This document shows, one piece after another, positions 17,148 through 25,877 of a DNA stretch of 64,000 nucleotides (positions are counted from its first letter, which is position 1; each line of letters begins with the position of its first letter). Source of the stretch: a virus (Duplodnaviria > Heunggongvirae > Uroviricota > Caudoviricetes). The notes beneath the pieces are model-generated. The model had not been told where the DNA came from. It searched no databases and saw only the letters and a program-made list of their open reading frames with translations. Location of the stretch: positions 175,836 through 239,835 of IMG/VR virus record IMGVR_UViG_3300033076_000838, one strand, 5' to 3'. The position numbers and the translations under genes were made by a program.

Positions 17148-18849
17148 ATATATTTTAGGAATAGCATGTGGGTATCATGATTCAGCTGCATGTTTAGTAA
17201 AAGATGGAAAAGTTTTAGGAGCAGTAGAAGAGGAAAGATTTACAGGAATTAAACATGATTCTTCGTTTCCTACTAATGCAATTCAATGGCTTTATAACGA
17301 AATGAAAATTACCGGTGCAGATGTATCGGTAGTTTCGTTTTATGAAAATCCTACTTTAAAGTTAGAACGTATTGAAGAAACTACTAAAAGAGGTGGTATA
17401 TTACAATACTTTAAACGTAATGCTATTCTAAAAGAAAATAAACAAAATTATAGGGAAACCGAACGTAAGATTTATGAAATCACAAATGATAAAATAATTC
17501 TTTCATATGGAGACCATCACCTTTCCCATCTTGCATATTCATATTATACATCACCATTTGATAGAACTGCAATACTTTCGGTAGATGGTGTGGGTGAGTG
17601 GGAAACGACAGTTTTAGCATTTGCTGAAAATAACAAAATCACAAAAATTCAAAATATTAAATTCCCACATTCGTTGGGTATGATATATTCTGCATTCACT
17701 GCATTCTTAGGATTTAAACCAAACGAAGGTGAATATAAGGTAATGGGACTTGCACCTTATGGTAATCCAAATACTTACACAAAACACTTTAAGGAAATTA
17801 TTAAGGAAATCGAAAATGGTGGGTTTGAAATCAATATGGATTATTTTACATATGATTACTCAAACAATTCCATGTTCAACGAAAAGTTGGGATTATTATT
17901 AGGTATTCCAAATAGATTACCAGAAGATGAATTATTACAATGCCATAAAGATTTAGCAGCAACAATTCAATCACAATATGAATATTATTTTTTCCGTTTG
18001 TTAAATAAAATGTTTGCAACAAACCCATCTAACAATATTTGTTTAAGTGGTGGGTGTGCATATAATGGAACTGCAAATGGAAAAATAACAAATGAAACCC
18101 CTTACAAACAATTATGGATTCCACCTGCTCCATCTGATGCAGGTTCTGCAATTGGATGTGCGTTGGAATATTATTATACTCATAGTGAAATAAAAGTAAG
18201 AGTTGATAATACAAATCCTTATTTAGGTCCACATCATTCTAACGATGAAATCAAAGAAGAATTAGATAAACATCAAATTGATATATGGTATGAATACAAA
18301 AATCACTCCGAACTTATTCCAATCATTTCTAAACAAATTACGGATGGAAATGTTATTGGCTGGTATGAGGGTAGAATGGAATTTGGTTCTCGAGCACTCG
18401 GTAATCGTTCTATACTTGCTAACCCAAGAGACCCACAAATGAAAAGTAGGGTAAATAGAGTAATCAAAAAAAGAGAAGGTTTTAGACCTTTTGCTCCAAT
18501 TGTAAAAGAAGAAGAGAGATTAAAATATTTTGATTACAAACTATTAGTTCCATATATGAATCAGGTTGTTAAGGTAAAAGAAGAACATAGAAATAATTTA
18601 CCTGCAATCACACATATAGATGGTTCTGCTAGAATTCAAACTCTAAATAATAGACAACATAGAAGAATGTATTCTTTACTTAATCAATTAGAGATTGATA
18701 ATGGATACCCAATCGTTTTAAATACATCATTCAATTTAAAGGATAAAACTATTGTAAATTCACCAAAAGATGCAATAGAAACATTTTTAGATTGTGAGAT
18801 GGATACATTAGTGTTGGGAAATTATATAGTTAAGAAAAAAATAAAATAG
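17134..18849 (+). CDS. Carbamoyltransferase (NodU/CmcH/TobZ family)
   Basis: ILGIACGYHDSAA, EEERF, HHLSH, VDGVGE, SLGMIYS, EGEYKVMGLAPYG, LSGGCAYN, DAGSAIG, EFGSRALGNRSILA, REGFRPFAP, LNTSFN. Confidence 0.95.
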   Translation: MMTNKYILGIACGYHDSAACLVKDGKVLGAVEEERFTGIKHDSSFPTNAIQWLYNEMKITGADVSVVSFYENPTLKLERIEETTKRGGILQYFKRNAILKENKQNYRETERKIYEITNDKIILSYGDHHLSHLAYSYYTSPFDRTAILSVDGVGEWETTVLAFAENNKITKIQNIKFPHSLGMIYSAFTAFLGFKPNEGEYKVMGLAPYGNPNTYTKHFKEIIKEIENGGFEINMDYFTYDYSNNSMFNEKLGLLLGIPNRLPEDELLQCHKDLAATIQSQYEYYFFRLLNKMFATNPSNNICLSGGCAYNGTANGKITNETPYKQLWIPPAPSDAGSAIGCALEYYYTHSEIKVRVDNTNPYLGPHHSNDEIKEELDKHQIDIWYEYKNHSELIPIISKQITDGNVIGWYEGRMEFGSRALGNRSILANPRDPQMKSRVNRVIKKREGFRPFAPIVKEEERLKYFDYKLLVPYMNQVVKVKEEHRNNLPAITHIDGSARIQTLNNRQHRRMYSLLNQLEIDNGYPIVLNTSFNLKDKTIVNSPKDAIETFLDCEMDTLVLGNYIVKKKIK

Positions 18850-18851
18850 TA

Positions 18852-18859
18852 TATTTATA
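18852..18859 (+). promoter_or_regulatory. Putative late promoter TATTTATA
   Basis: Exact motif at the start of a structured 100-nt leader. Confidence 0.65.
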
Positions 18860-18862
18860 TTC

Positions 18863-18927
18863 GAAACCTTGTGGTTAAACATTCAGTGTCCTTTGTGGCA
18901 TTTGAGTTGGAGAAACACCAACGAATG
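18863..18927 (+). promoter_or_regulatory. Structured 5' leader RNA (long-range pairing arm plus three-way junction)
   Basis: 18866-18877 is complementary to 19753-19764. Local stems: CATTC/GAATG, AGTGTC/GGCATT, GTTGG/CCAAC. Confidence 0.55.
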
Positions 18928-18959
18928 AATTTTTAAATACAAATAAAATAAGGAAAAAT

Positions 18960-19745
18960 ATGAAACAATCAGTATGGACTAACGGGAGTCCTGGAAACCC
19001 GCAGGCTTTTATTACAAAAAGCAAACAAAGAATCAAACAATTCGAAGGTCAGGTCTATCTTAATGATGGAGATGAATATCAAATCGAATTATTCAACCCA
19101 ACATCAAATCACATTCTTGCTAAAATCAAAATCGATGCGGATTACCTATCGGGTGGCGGTATTGTATTAAGACCAGGTGAAAGAGTGTTTTTAGAACGTT
19201 TTTTGGATTCAAATAACAAATTTGTATTCAGAACATATGAGGTAGGAAAAGAAGCAGTTAATACTGGTGCTTTAGCAAATAATGGATATGTTAAAATTGA
19301 GTTTTATCAAGAACAACCGAAATTCAATTCGTACCCATCTTATCCAAATAGAACAATTTATACAGGAAATAGTGGTACATATACTCTAAATAATGGTATA
19401 ACATATACTACAAATACTTTGGGTAATACATCCTTTACTACATCAGGAACAAATCTTACTACATCAACTGCGTATTATAATAATATTACTCCAACATCTA
19501 TGGTAAGTAATAATAAAGTAGAAACGGGATTAACTGAAAAAGGTGGAAGTTCTAATCAAACATTTACAAATTCAGATAGAGAATTTTATTCATACTCATT
19601 TCATAATGTAGCATGGAGAATTCTACCAACATCACAAAAACAATATCGTAAAGAAGAACTTTCAATTGCGTATTGTGGTGAATGTGGTGCCAAAAGAAAA
19701 AAAGATTCACACAAGTTCTGTCCACATTGCGGAACTAAATTCTAA
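18960..19745 (+). CDS. Hypothetical protein: beta-rich N-terminal domain, Thr/Asn-rich linker, C-terminal double zinc ribbon
   Basis: C-terminal CGECG...FCPHCG. Confidence 0.75.
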   Translation: MKQSVWTNGSPGNPQAFITKSKQRIKQFEGQVYLNDGDEYQIELFNPTSNHILAKIKIDADYLSGGGIVLRPGERVFLERFLDSNNKFVFRTYEVGKEAVNTGALANNGYVKIEFYQEQPKFNSYPSYPNRTIYTGNSGTYTLNNGITYTTNTLGNTSFTTSGTNLTTSTAYYNNITPTSMVSNNKVETGLTEKGGSSNQTFTNSDREFYSYSFHNVAWRILPTSQKQYRKEELSIAYCGECGAKRKKDSHKFCPHCGTKF

Positions 19746-19771
19746 ACAAATATAATCACAAGGTATTCACT

Positions 19772-19799
19772 AAGGAGAGCAGAAATGTTCTCCTTTTTT
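19772..19799 (+). terminator. Intrinsic terminator
   Basis: AAGGAGAGCA-GAAA-TGTTCTCCTT followed by a T-run. Confidence 0.85.
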
Positions 19800-19832
19800 A
19801 TTTAAAAAAAATGAAAAATATTTTACAAAATA

Positions 19833-19864
19833 TTTGGAAATATGAAATATTCTTCGTATGTTAG
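19833..19864 (+). promoter_or_regulatory. Degenerate Bacteroidota-type promoter
   Basis: TTTG-N20-TATGTTAG, with the same GAAATAT...TTCG spacer as the other copies. Confidence 0.5.
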
Positions 19865-19901
19865 CTTTGTAATAAGAGATGAACATAAAACAAATAAAGA
19901 T

Positions 19902-20099
19902 ATGGAATTAATTGATGTAAGAGGTATGAGTGTTGTTGAGTATTGTAACTTCATAGAGAGTAGAGCTCTCCATTTGGGAATTAGTGCGTGGGAGCTGAAT
20001 ATTCAGATGTGGGAGAAGGATTTGATTAGTATGGTGAAGTACGACCTGGCAAAGGCAGAGTTGTTTCAACGTCAGTTAGATATGGAGTATGATTATTAA
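19902..20099 (+). CDS. Hypothetical protein
   Basis: Start moved to MELIDVRG at 19902 because the track start lies inside the promoter. Confidence 0.6.
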   Translation: MELIDVRGMSVVEYCNFIESRALHLGISAWELNIQMWEKDLISMVKYDLAKAELFQRQLDMEYDY

Positions 20100-20124
20100 A
20101 ATTTAAAACTTAAAATATAAAAAC

Positions 20125-20349
20125 ATGAGAATAGATATTGCAACTTTAAAAGAAATTGAGAATGTGTTTGGTGAGTTTGATATTTCCCAAGTGTGGGGTG
20201 GTTCAAACGATGTGTATTTACGATTTGGTTATTGGAATAGTGTAGATATAAATAAACTCCAAGAGATTGTTGGTAGTGGAGTGAAGGTAATTGAAGATGA
20301 AGATTGGGATGATGATTGTGGTTATCAGTTTATGTATCGGTTAAAGTAG
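20125..20349 (+). CDS. Hypothetical acidic protein
   Basis: ORF track; followed by a terminator. Confidence 0.65.
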   Translation: MRIDIATLKEIENVFGEFDISQVWGGSNDVYLRFGYWNSVDINKLQEIVGSGVKVIEDEDWDDDCGYQFMYRLK

Positions 20350-20373
20350 TGGATTTACCCACTACTTTTTTTT
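20344..20373 (+). terminator. Intrinsic terminator
   Basis: AAGTAGTGG-ATTTAC-CCACTACTT followed by a T-run. Confidence 0.8.
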
Positions 20374-20438
20374 ATATCATTTTGAAATAAAAATATATTT
20401 ATTAGCGTGAGAATTTAACCAATCTCCTTACGCCATAA

Positions 20439-21248
20439 ATGGATACTAAATTGAATGAGTGTATTATTGTTAGAAAAAAAATGGGAGATACTGTCGTTAT
20501 GGCTAAGAACCGCGATAGAATGTATAAACCCGAATTGGAAATAGTACATGAATTGATTAATGGAGTTGAGGTAGTTTATTTACATGATATAACTACGGAT
20601 TGGAGTGAGGGTATAAATGAATATGGTATTGGTGTTCTTAATACTGCATTGATGGTTGGGTATGATGAAAAAGAAAAGCAGTTGGTTAAGAAGACCGGTA
20701 AGAAATCAAAAGATGGTATTAAGATTAGAGAAGCATTGGGACAAAAATCCTTAAAGAATACCATAACAATAGCAGCCAAATTTATGGGTGGTATTAAAGG
20801 TCATACTTTCATATCTACACCTGATAAAGTAGTATCAATCGAAACTACATCAAAACATAATCCACGTTTTACAATTCACCAATCAGATGCACATGTGGTT
20901 AGAACTAATCATGGACACGACCATTGGGATGCAGGATATACCGAAGGGCCCGATTACCTATCATCGAAAGTAAGAAAAGCATCAGCAGAAAAATTAACAG
21001 CAAAATCAGAAGACCCAGCAAGTGTATTAGATGCATTAAGAAAAGATTTGTTTAGTACAAAATCAAATCTTAATATGGCTCGTAAAACTGATAAAATGAA
21101 TACATCATCACAAGTTTTGTTAAATCTAAGTGACCTTATTTTTGAGTTAAACTATTTTGATGACAAAGTAGAAAAGTTTCACGGAATTAAAACAAATTTA
21201 CCAAAAGGTTACGAATCAAAAATTAAAATCGAAATCAAAAAATTGTAA
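20439..21248 (+). CDS. Ntn-hydrolase fold protein (NRDE/C45-like)
   Basis: Cys8-led CIIV...MAKNRDR, WSEGINEYGIGVLNT, VRTNH. Confidence 0.7.
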   Translation: MDTKLNECIIVRKKMGDTVVMAKNRDRMYKPELEIVHELINGVEVVYLHDITTDWSEGINEYGIGVLNTALMVGYDEKEKQLVKKTGKKSKDGIKIREALGQKSLKNTITIAAKFMGGIKGHTFISTPDKVVSIETTSKHNPRFTIHQSDAHVVRTNHGHDHWDAGYTEGPDYLSSKVRKASAEKLTAKSEDPASVLDALRKDLFSTKSNLNMARKTDKMNTSSQVLLNLSDLIFELNYFDDKVEKFHGIKTNLPKGYESKIKIEIKKL

Positions 21249-21257
21249 GGGGTTACT

Positions 21258-21356
21258 ATGACACGAAGAGAACAAAAAGAAAAAAATCGTAAGAAAATTG
21301 CTAAGAAGACCGTAAAGGAACAACAAAAACGTGGCAATTATAAAAAACACACTTAA
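21258..21356 (+). CDS. Small basic peptide (32 aa)
   Basis: Manual translation MTRREQKEKNRKKIAKKTVKEQQKRGNYKKHT; SD-like AAGGGG upstream and a terminator directly after. Confidence 0.5.
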   Translation: MTRREQKEKNRKKIAKKTVKEQQKRGNYKKHT

Positions 21357-21360
21357 ATGA

Positions 21361-21388
21361 AAAACCTCACTAAAAATGAGGTTTTTTT
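21361..21388 (+). terminator. Intrinsic terminator
   Basis: AAAACCTCA-CTAAAAA-TGAGGTTTT followed by a T-run. Confidence 0.8.
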
Positions 21389-21396
21389 ATTTGATA

Positions 21397-21404
21397 TATT
21401 TATA
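21397..21404 (+). promoter_or_regulatory. Putative late promoter TATTTATA
   Basis: Exact motif 21 nt before 21426. Confidence 0.65.
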
Positions 21405-21425
21405 GATTGAATCAATTTAATAAAT

Positions 21426-21836
21426 ATGAGCACAGAATTTGAAATATTCCCTGGCAAAAGTTTAAGTGGATTATTTAAAGATATTTACGATAATCAACAA
21501 AATAAGAAGGCAAGAATCTCTGAATTGATTGCCGAAATGAGAAAACTAATCCGTCACGCAGGTGATATGGCTGTTATTGGTCCTATCTTAAAAGATTTGG
21601 TAGATGTATCCGTTCGTAACGATGATGCCCTAATCAAACTTGCAACAATCGCACAACGTATCGTTACTGCAAACACAAAAACCGAAGGTGAGACTGGATT
21701 CTTAACCGATGCGGAAAAAGAACAATTATTAAAAGAAATTGAAATAACTGTCAATGATGTGAAAGATGAACAAGATGCAAAGGTAGATGAATTGACAAAT
21801 GAAGTTGAAGAACTAAAACAAAAGATTGGTAAATAA
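21426..21836 (+). CDS. Helical hypothetical protein heading the baseplate operon
   Basis: ORF track; coiled-coil character; follows a late promoter. Confidence 0.7.
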   Translation: MSTEFEIFPGKSLSGLFKDIYDNQQNKKARISELIAEMRKLIRHAGDMAVIGPILKDLVDVSVRNDDALIKLATIAQRIVTANTKTEGETGFLTDAEKEQLLKEIEITVNDVKDEQDAKVDELTNEVEELKQKIGK

Positions 21837-23062
21837 TGAGTCAAAGAACCCAAATATCAAACGCAACTTACGCTACTAATCCAAACACAAGTGGTGCATC
21901 TGGTGTAATGACTGGTATTGTTTTGGATGTCATTTTAGATGATAAACACAAAAGAGTTGAGACGTATGATTTTAGTGAGGTGGAAACCAAAGATACAAGT
22001 ATTATTGGTTGTGCGGTTGTTAGAAAGTTAAATGACCCATCTGCATCTACAACTGGTGTAAAAGCATACAAACCATTCAATAGTGATGAAGGTGTCCCTT
22101 TAATTGGTGAAACTGTCGAATTAATTTCATTAGGTGGTAAATTACACTTTAAAAGAATAGCATCAACTAATATTAATGCAGGAAATGCAATCGAAGATGT
22201 TGATATTAAAAATTTCCAACCAACCCAAAAACCAGGACAACCTGCAACTGAATATTCTACAATATCCGCAACAGGTACTCCAAGTGGTGGTAGTGGTACG
22301 GAAGATAGAAAAACAAAATTAGGTGAGTATTTTGAAACAACACAAATAAATCCTCTAAAATTATATGAGGGTGATAGAATTATACAATCTCGTTTTGGTC
22401 AAAGTATTCGTTTTAGTGGATATAATAATCAAGATAAAAAATACGCACCTACTATTATTCTTCGTAATAGACAAAACGATGAATCTTTAAGTAAATTAAA
22501 GAAAGGTGCATTAACCGAAGAAGATGTAAATAAAGATGGAACTACCATTGCAATTACATCTGGTGTGTATAAATTAGATTACCAATCACCATTAGAAACT
22601 AAACCAACTAAATTTACAAATTATCCATCAGAATTAAAAGGATATGACCAGGTTCTATTAAATACTGAACGAATTATACTTTCGGCAAGAACACAAGAAA
22701 TGATTTTCTTTTCAAAAGGAAATTGGGGTTTTATATCAGATGGTAAGATGTCAATTGATAATGGTAAAGCCGGTGCTGATTTAGATTTTCACGGCGATGT
22801 TAGAATTACAACAAATGATAATAGCACTTATATTTTAGGTGGTAAAGGAAACATTTTCTTAAATACTGAAAGTGATAAAGAACCTTTGGTGAGAGGTGAA
22901 ACTTTAAAAGGATTGTTAGAGGAATTGATTGATGCAATAAATAATCAAGTGTATAAAACTCCAGCAGGACCAACTGCAATAGGACCTGAAAACAAAAACA
23001 CATTTAACGATATTAAAGGTAGATTGAATAAATTCTTATCAACTTTAAATTATACCGAATAA
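21836..23062 (+). CDS. Putative baseplate hub/spike protein (gp5/VgrG-like)
   Basis: N-terminal OB-like region (PLIGETVELI), EGDRIIQSRFGQSIRFS, beta-repeat-like C-terminus; position before the gp25-like gene. Confidence 0.55.
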   Translation: MSQRTQISNATYATNPNTSGASGVMTGIVLDVILDDKHKRVETYDFSEVETKDTSIIGCAVVRKLNDPSASTTGVKAYKPFNSDEGVPLIGETVELISLGGKLHFKRIASTNINAGNAIEDVDIKNFQPTQKPGQPATEYSTISATGTPSGGSGTEDRKTKLGEYFETTQINPLKLYEGDRIIQSRFGQSIRFSGYNNQDKKYAPTIILRNRQNDESLSKLKKGALTEEDVNKDGTTIAITSGVYKLDYQSPLETKPTKFTNYPSELKGYDQVLLNTERIILSARTQEMIFFSKGNWGFISDGKMSIDNGKAGADLDFHGDVRITTNDNSTYILGGKGNIFLNTESDKEPLVRGETLKGLLEELIDAINNQVYKTPAGPTAIGPENKNTFNDIKGRLNKFLSTLNYTE

Positions 23063-23063
23063 A

Positions 23064-24212
23064 ATGTCATTAGAAATATTCAAACAAAATATGTTAAGTT
23101 TTATGCAAAACCAAAAAGGAATTGGTTCTTATGGAGATTTTGCAAAAAAACTTACTATGGAATATGATATGGCAGTTAAGAGAGGGTTTGATACTACAAA
23201 TAGTATTCCAATTGCAAAGGGAAATACTGAATTGATGGAAGCAACCCTAAATGGTATTTTAAACACAGCATTACAACAATCATCAGGCGAACATCCTATT
23301 ATCACAAATATGGGACCTGCGTTTATTGCGTATTGGACTGGTGCAACTATGAGTTCCGTACCACCTCCAATAATCCCATCACCTGGCTCTGTTATGAATA
23401 TTGCAACTGTCAATAGTTTTATTACCGACCCTGGTATCTGGCAACCAACTGATATACAATCACTAACTCCACCGGATACATTAGCATCGGAAGGAGATGG
23501 AGAACCAACTACGGAAGAATTACTTGCAACAATACCTGATGATAATAATACATTAGAAGGTGCACAAGAAATAATGGATGAGACCGGAGTGGAAGTTTTA
23601 ACTGATGGTGGTGAAGATGGTGGTTCTCAAATAGAATCCATACAAGAAGCATATGGTGAAGATAATTCTCCATACGATGAGAATCCATCTGCAGAAGAAG
23701 TTGCAATCACAACATCATCAGCATCTGCTAAACCAATATCATGTGGAGGAACATTAGATTACAACACACAATTATCACCAAACTTTAAGTTAAAACATTT
23801 ATCGATTGCAACAACGTTTCCACATAAAATTAAATCACAAGTTGGGTTAAGTGCAGAAGATATTGTATGTAATTTAAAAAATGTAGCTGTGAATATATTA
23901 GAACCAATAAAAGCAAAATATCCAAATATGAAAATAAATTCTGCTTTTAGAGGTGCTCCTTCTATTCCTGGTGGAGTATCACAACATCAAAAAGGTGAAG
24001 CTGTTGATTTACAATTTGTAGGAGTTTCACCAAAAGATTACTTACCAATTGCAAAATGGATTGCAGGAACATTACCTTTTGACCAAATGATTTTTGAGCA
24101 TGGTAATTCAATTTGGTTACACATAAGTTGTAAACGAAGTGGAGGACAACGAAAACAATTATTGACAATGTTAAAGGGTAAATATTCTCCCGGTATAAAG
24201 TGTTATTACTAA
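23064..24212 (+). CDS. Virion-associated protein with C-terminal M15-type Zn peptidase (peptidoglycan hydrolase)
   Basis: INSAFR ... SQHQKGEAVD ... DQMIFE ... WLHIS, after an acidic linker. Confidence 0.8.
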   Translation: MSLEIFKQNMLSFMQNQKGIGSYGDFAKKLTMEYDMAVKRGFDTTNSIPIAKGNTELMEATLNGILNTALQQSSGEHPIITNMGPAFIAYWTGATMSSVPPPIIPSPGSVMNIATVNSFITDPGIWQPTDIQSLTPPDTLASEGDGEPTTEELLATIPDDNNTLEGAQEIMDETGVEVLTDGGEDGGSQIESIQEAYGEDNSPYDENPSAEEVAITTSSASAKPISCGGTLDYNTQLSPNFKLKHLSIATTFPHKIKSQVGLSAEDIVCNLKNVAVNILEPIKAKYPNMKINSAFRGAPSIPGGVSQHQKGEAVDLQFVGVSPKDYLPIAKWIAGTLPFDQMIFEHGNSIWLHISCKRSGGQRKQLLTMLKGKYSPGIKCYY

Positions 24213-24215
24213 TAT

Positions 24216-25196
24216 ATGGCAAAACCAACGGATAATAGCGAAGTATTTTTAGACCAATTGATTGCATCAATTCAATCCCACTTGCCCACTATTAAAGGAA
24301 CATACCTTACAACATCATTATACCCACCTTTAATGACACCTGGTCCTGGTGCAGTACCTTTTGTTGGTTATACAATTCCGCCTGCAGGAAGAGGTGTAGG
24401 AGGGGGTGGAAATGATACTTTAACTACCGAACCAACCGAAGTGAGTGATGAAGAAAAAATGGTAGAAGAAGCTATAACTTTATCACCCGAACAAGAAGCA
24501 ATGGCCGATAGTGCAACAGAGGCTGGATATGATATAAACGATTCCACATCTGCAGGATTGAGTGGTGAAACATCCGATTTTCCTGCTGAATCACTTGATG
24601 AGGGTGGTGGATATTCAGATAATCAATCAGATTCCGAAGTTGAAAACCAATCACCATCAGAAAAAATTGAAGAATGTGGTAATGTAAGAATCAAAGAACC
24701 ACCACAAGTTGTAATTGATGCTATGAGAAAATGGGGAATTAAAACTCCATTGCAAAAAGCACATTTCTTAGCTCAATGTGCACATGAAAGTGGTAATTTT
24801 ATTTTTACAAAAGAAATATGGGGGCCAACACCTACACAGCAAAGATACGAAGGTAGACGAGATTTAGGTAATACACAACCTGGCGATGGTTTCCGTTTCG
24901 CAGGAAGAGGATACATTCAAGTTACAGGTAGAGCAAATTATTCACAATTCAGAAAAGGTGTATCTGATGATGTTGTTGCTAATTCTACGTTAGTTGAAAA
25001 GAAGTATGTTGCCGAAACTGCTTGTTGGTTTTGGAGAACTCGTAAATTAAATGAAGCAGCAGTAGATGATACGATTGGAACTTTAAAATATATTACCAAA
25101 CGTATAAATGGTGGATATAATGGATTGGATGATAGAAAGAAGAAATTCTGTGCATATTGGAAAAAACTAAAAGAAAACCCTAATTTATACTCATAA
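24216..25196 (+). CDS. Virion-associated protein with C-terminal GH19 lysozyme/chitinase domain
   Basis: AHFLAQCAHESG, GNTQPGDGFRFAGRGYIQVTGRANY, ITKRINGGYNGLDDR. Confidence 0.88.
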   Translation: MAKPTDNSEVFLDQLIASIQSHLPTIKGTYLTTSLYPPLMTPGPGAVPFVGYTIPPAGRGVGGGGNDTLTTEPTEVSDEEKMVEEAITLSPEQEAMADSATEAGYDINDSTSAGLSGETSDFPAESLDEGGGYSDNQSDSEVENQSPSEKIEECGNVRIKEPPQVVIDAMRKWGIKTPLQKAHFLAQCAHESGNFIFTKEIWGPTPTQQRYEGRRDLGNTQPGDGFRFAGRGYIQVTGRANYSQFRKGVSDDVVANSTLVEKKYVAETACWFWRTRKLNEAAVDDTIGTLKYITKRINGGYNGLDDRKKKFCAYWKKLKENPNLYS

Positions 25197-25219
25197 GAAT
25201 TCAAAATCCATCGAAGATA

Positions 25220-25227
25220 TATTTATA
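25220..25227 (+). promoter_or_regulatory. Putative late promoter TATTTATA
   Basis: Exact motif 23 nt before 25251. Confidence 0.65.
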
Positions 25228-25250
25228 TGAAGTAAACAAATATTTTCAAA

Positions 25251-25877
25251 ATGGATTCTAAAAAATTAGCACAACTAATTAAATTAGTAGTAGAACAAGA
25301 AATTAAAAAACAACTTCCTAAAATGATTAAAGAGGAGGTTGGTAAGTTATTAAATGAAACTACAAAACCAACTCCTAAGAAAAAGGATATATTGGAAGAT
25401 GTAGACCCATTTGAACTTGCAAATCAATTGTTAGATAAGGAAAGAGTGCAAACTCCTAAGATTCAAAAAGAATCAGTTCAACCTAAAAGACAATTTTCAA
25501 AAAATCAAACAATAAACGATATTTTAAATCAAACACAACCATTCACTTCTGCACAACGTTCGGAAGGTGGAATTGGAGGTGGTACATCGGTTTTAGATAA
25601 TTTCCAAACACAACAACCATTAGAAGAAGGTTATTCAAATTCACACATTCCAAACTATATGGATGCAGAACCTGATATAGATGAAACTATGTCATTTGGC
25701 GGTGGAGCATTAGGTGGTGTAGAATCTATGAGAGCACAAATGGCTGCTAAGATGGGATATGGTGATATGAATGTTGGTGGAAATAGAGGTGGATTGGGAG
25801 TTCAAACTGGTTTGGCCGGATTAGATAGAATTTTAAATAGAGATAATTCAGAATTAGTTAAGAGGTTTAAAAAATAA
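25251..25877 (+). CDS. Hypothetical late protein
   Basis: ORF track; follows a late promoter. Confidence 0.7.
   Translation: MDSKKLAQLIKLVVEQEIKKQLPKMIKEEVGKLLNETTKPTPKKKDILEDVDPFELANQLLDKERVQTPKIQKESVQPKRQFSKNQTINDILNQTQPFTSAQRSEGGIGGGTSVLDNFQTQQPLEEGYSNSHIPNYMDAEPDIDETMSFGGGALGGVESMRAQMAAKMGYGDMNVGGNRGGLGVQTGLAGLDRILNRDNSELVKRFKK

Noticed and set aside
13421-18849. ThyA homologue plus carbamoyltransferase as a 5-hydroxymethylcytosine carbamoylation (DNA hypermodification) system
   Set aside because: The synthase has Asn in GLPFN, the dUMP-specifying residue; dCMP hydroxymethylases have Asp there. It reads as a canonical ThyA, and the two genes are not adjacent.
18880-18927. Hammerhead ribozyme (a stem flanked by TGAG...CGAA)
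   Set aside because: The CUGANGA core and the GAAA-stem III-UH arrangement are missing.
20405-20433. Hairpin in the 5' UTR of the Ntn hydrolase gene
   Set aside because: It is a short, bulged stem with no further supporting structure; too weak to call regulatory.
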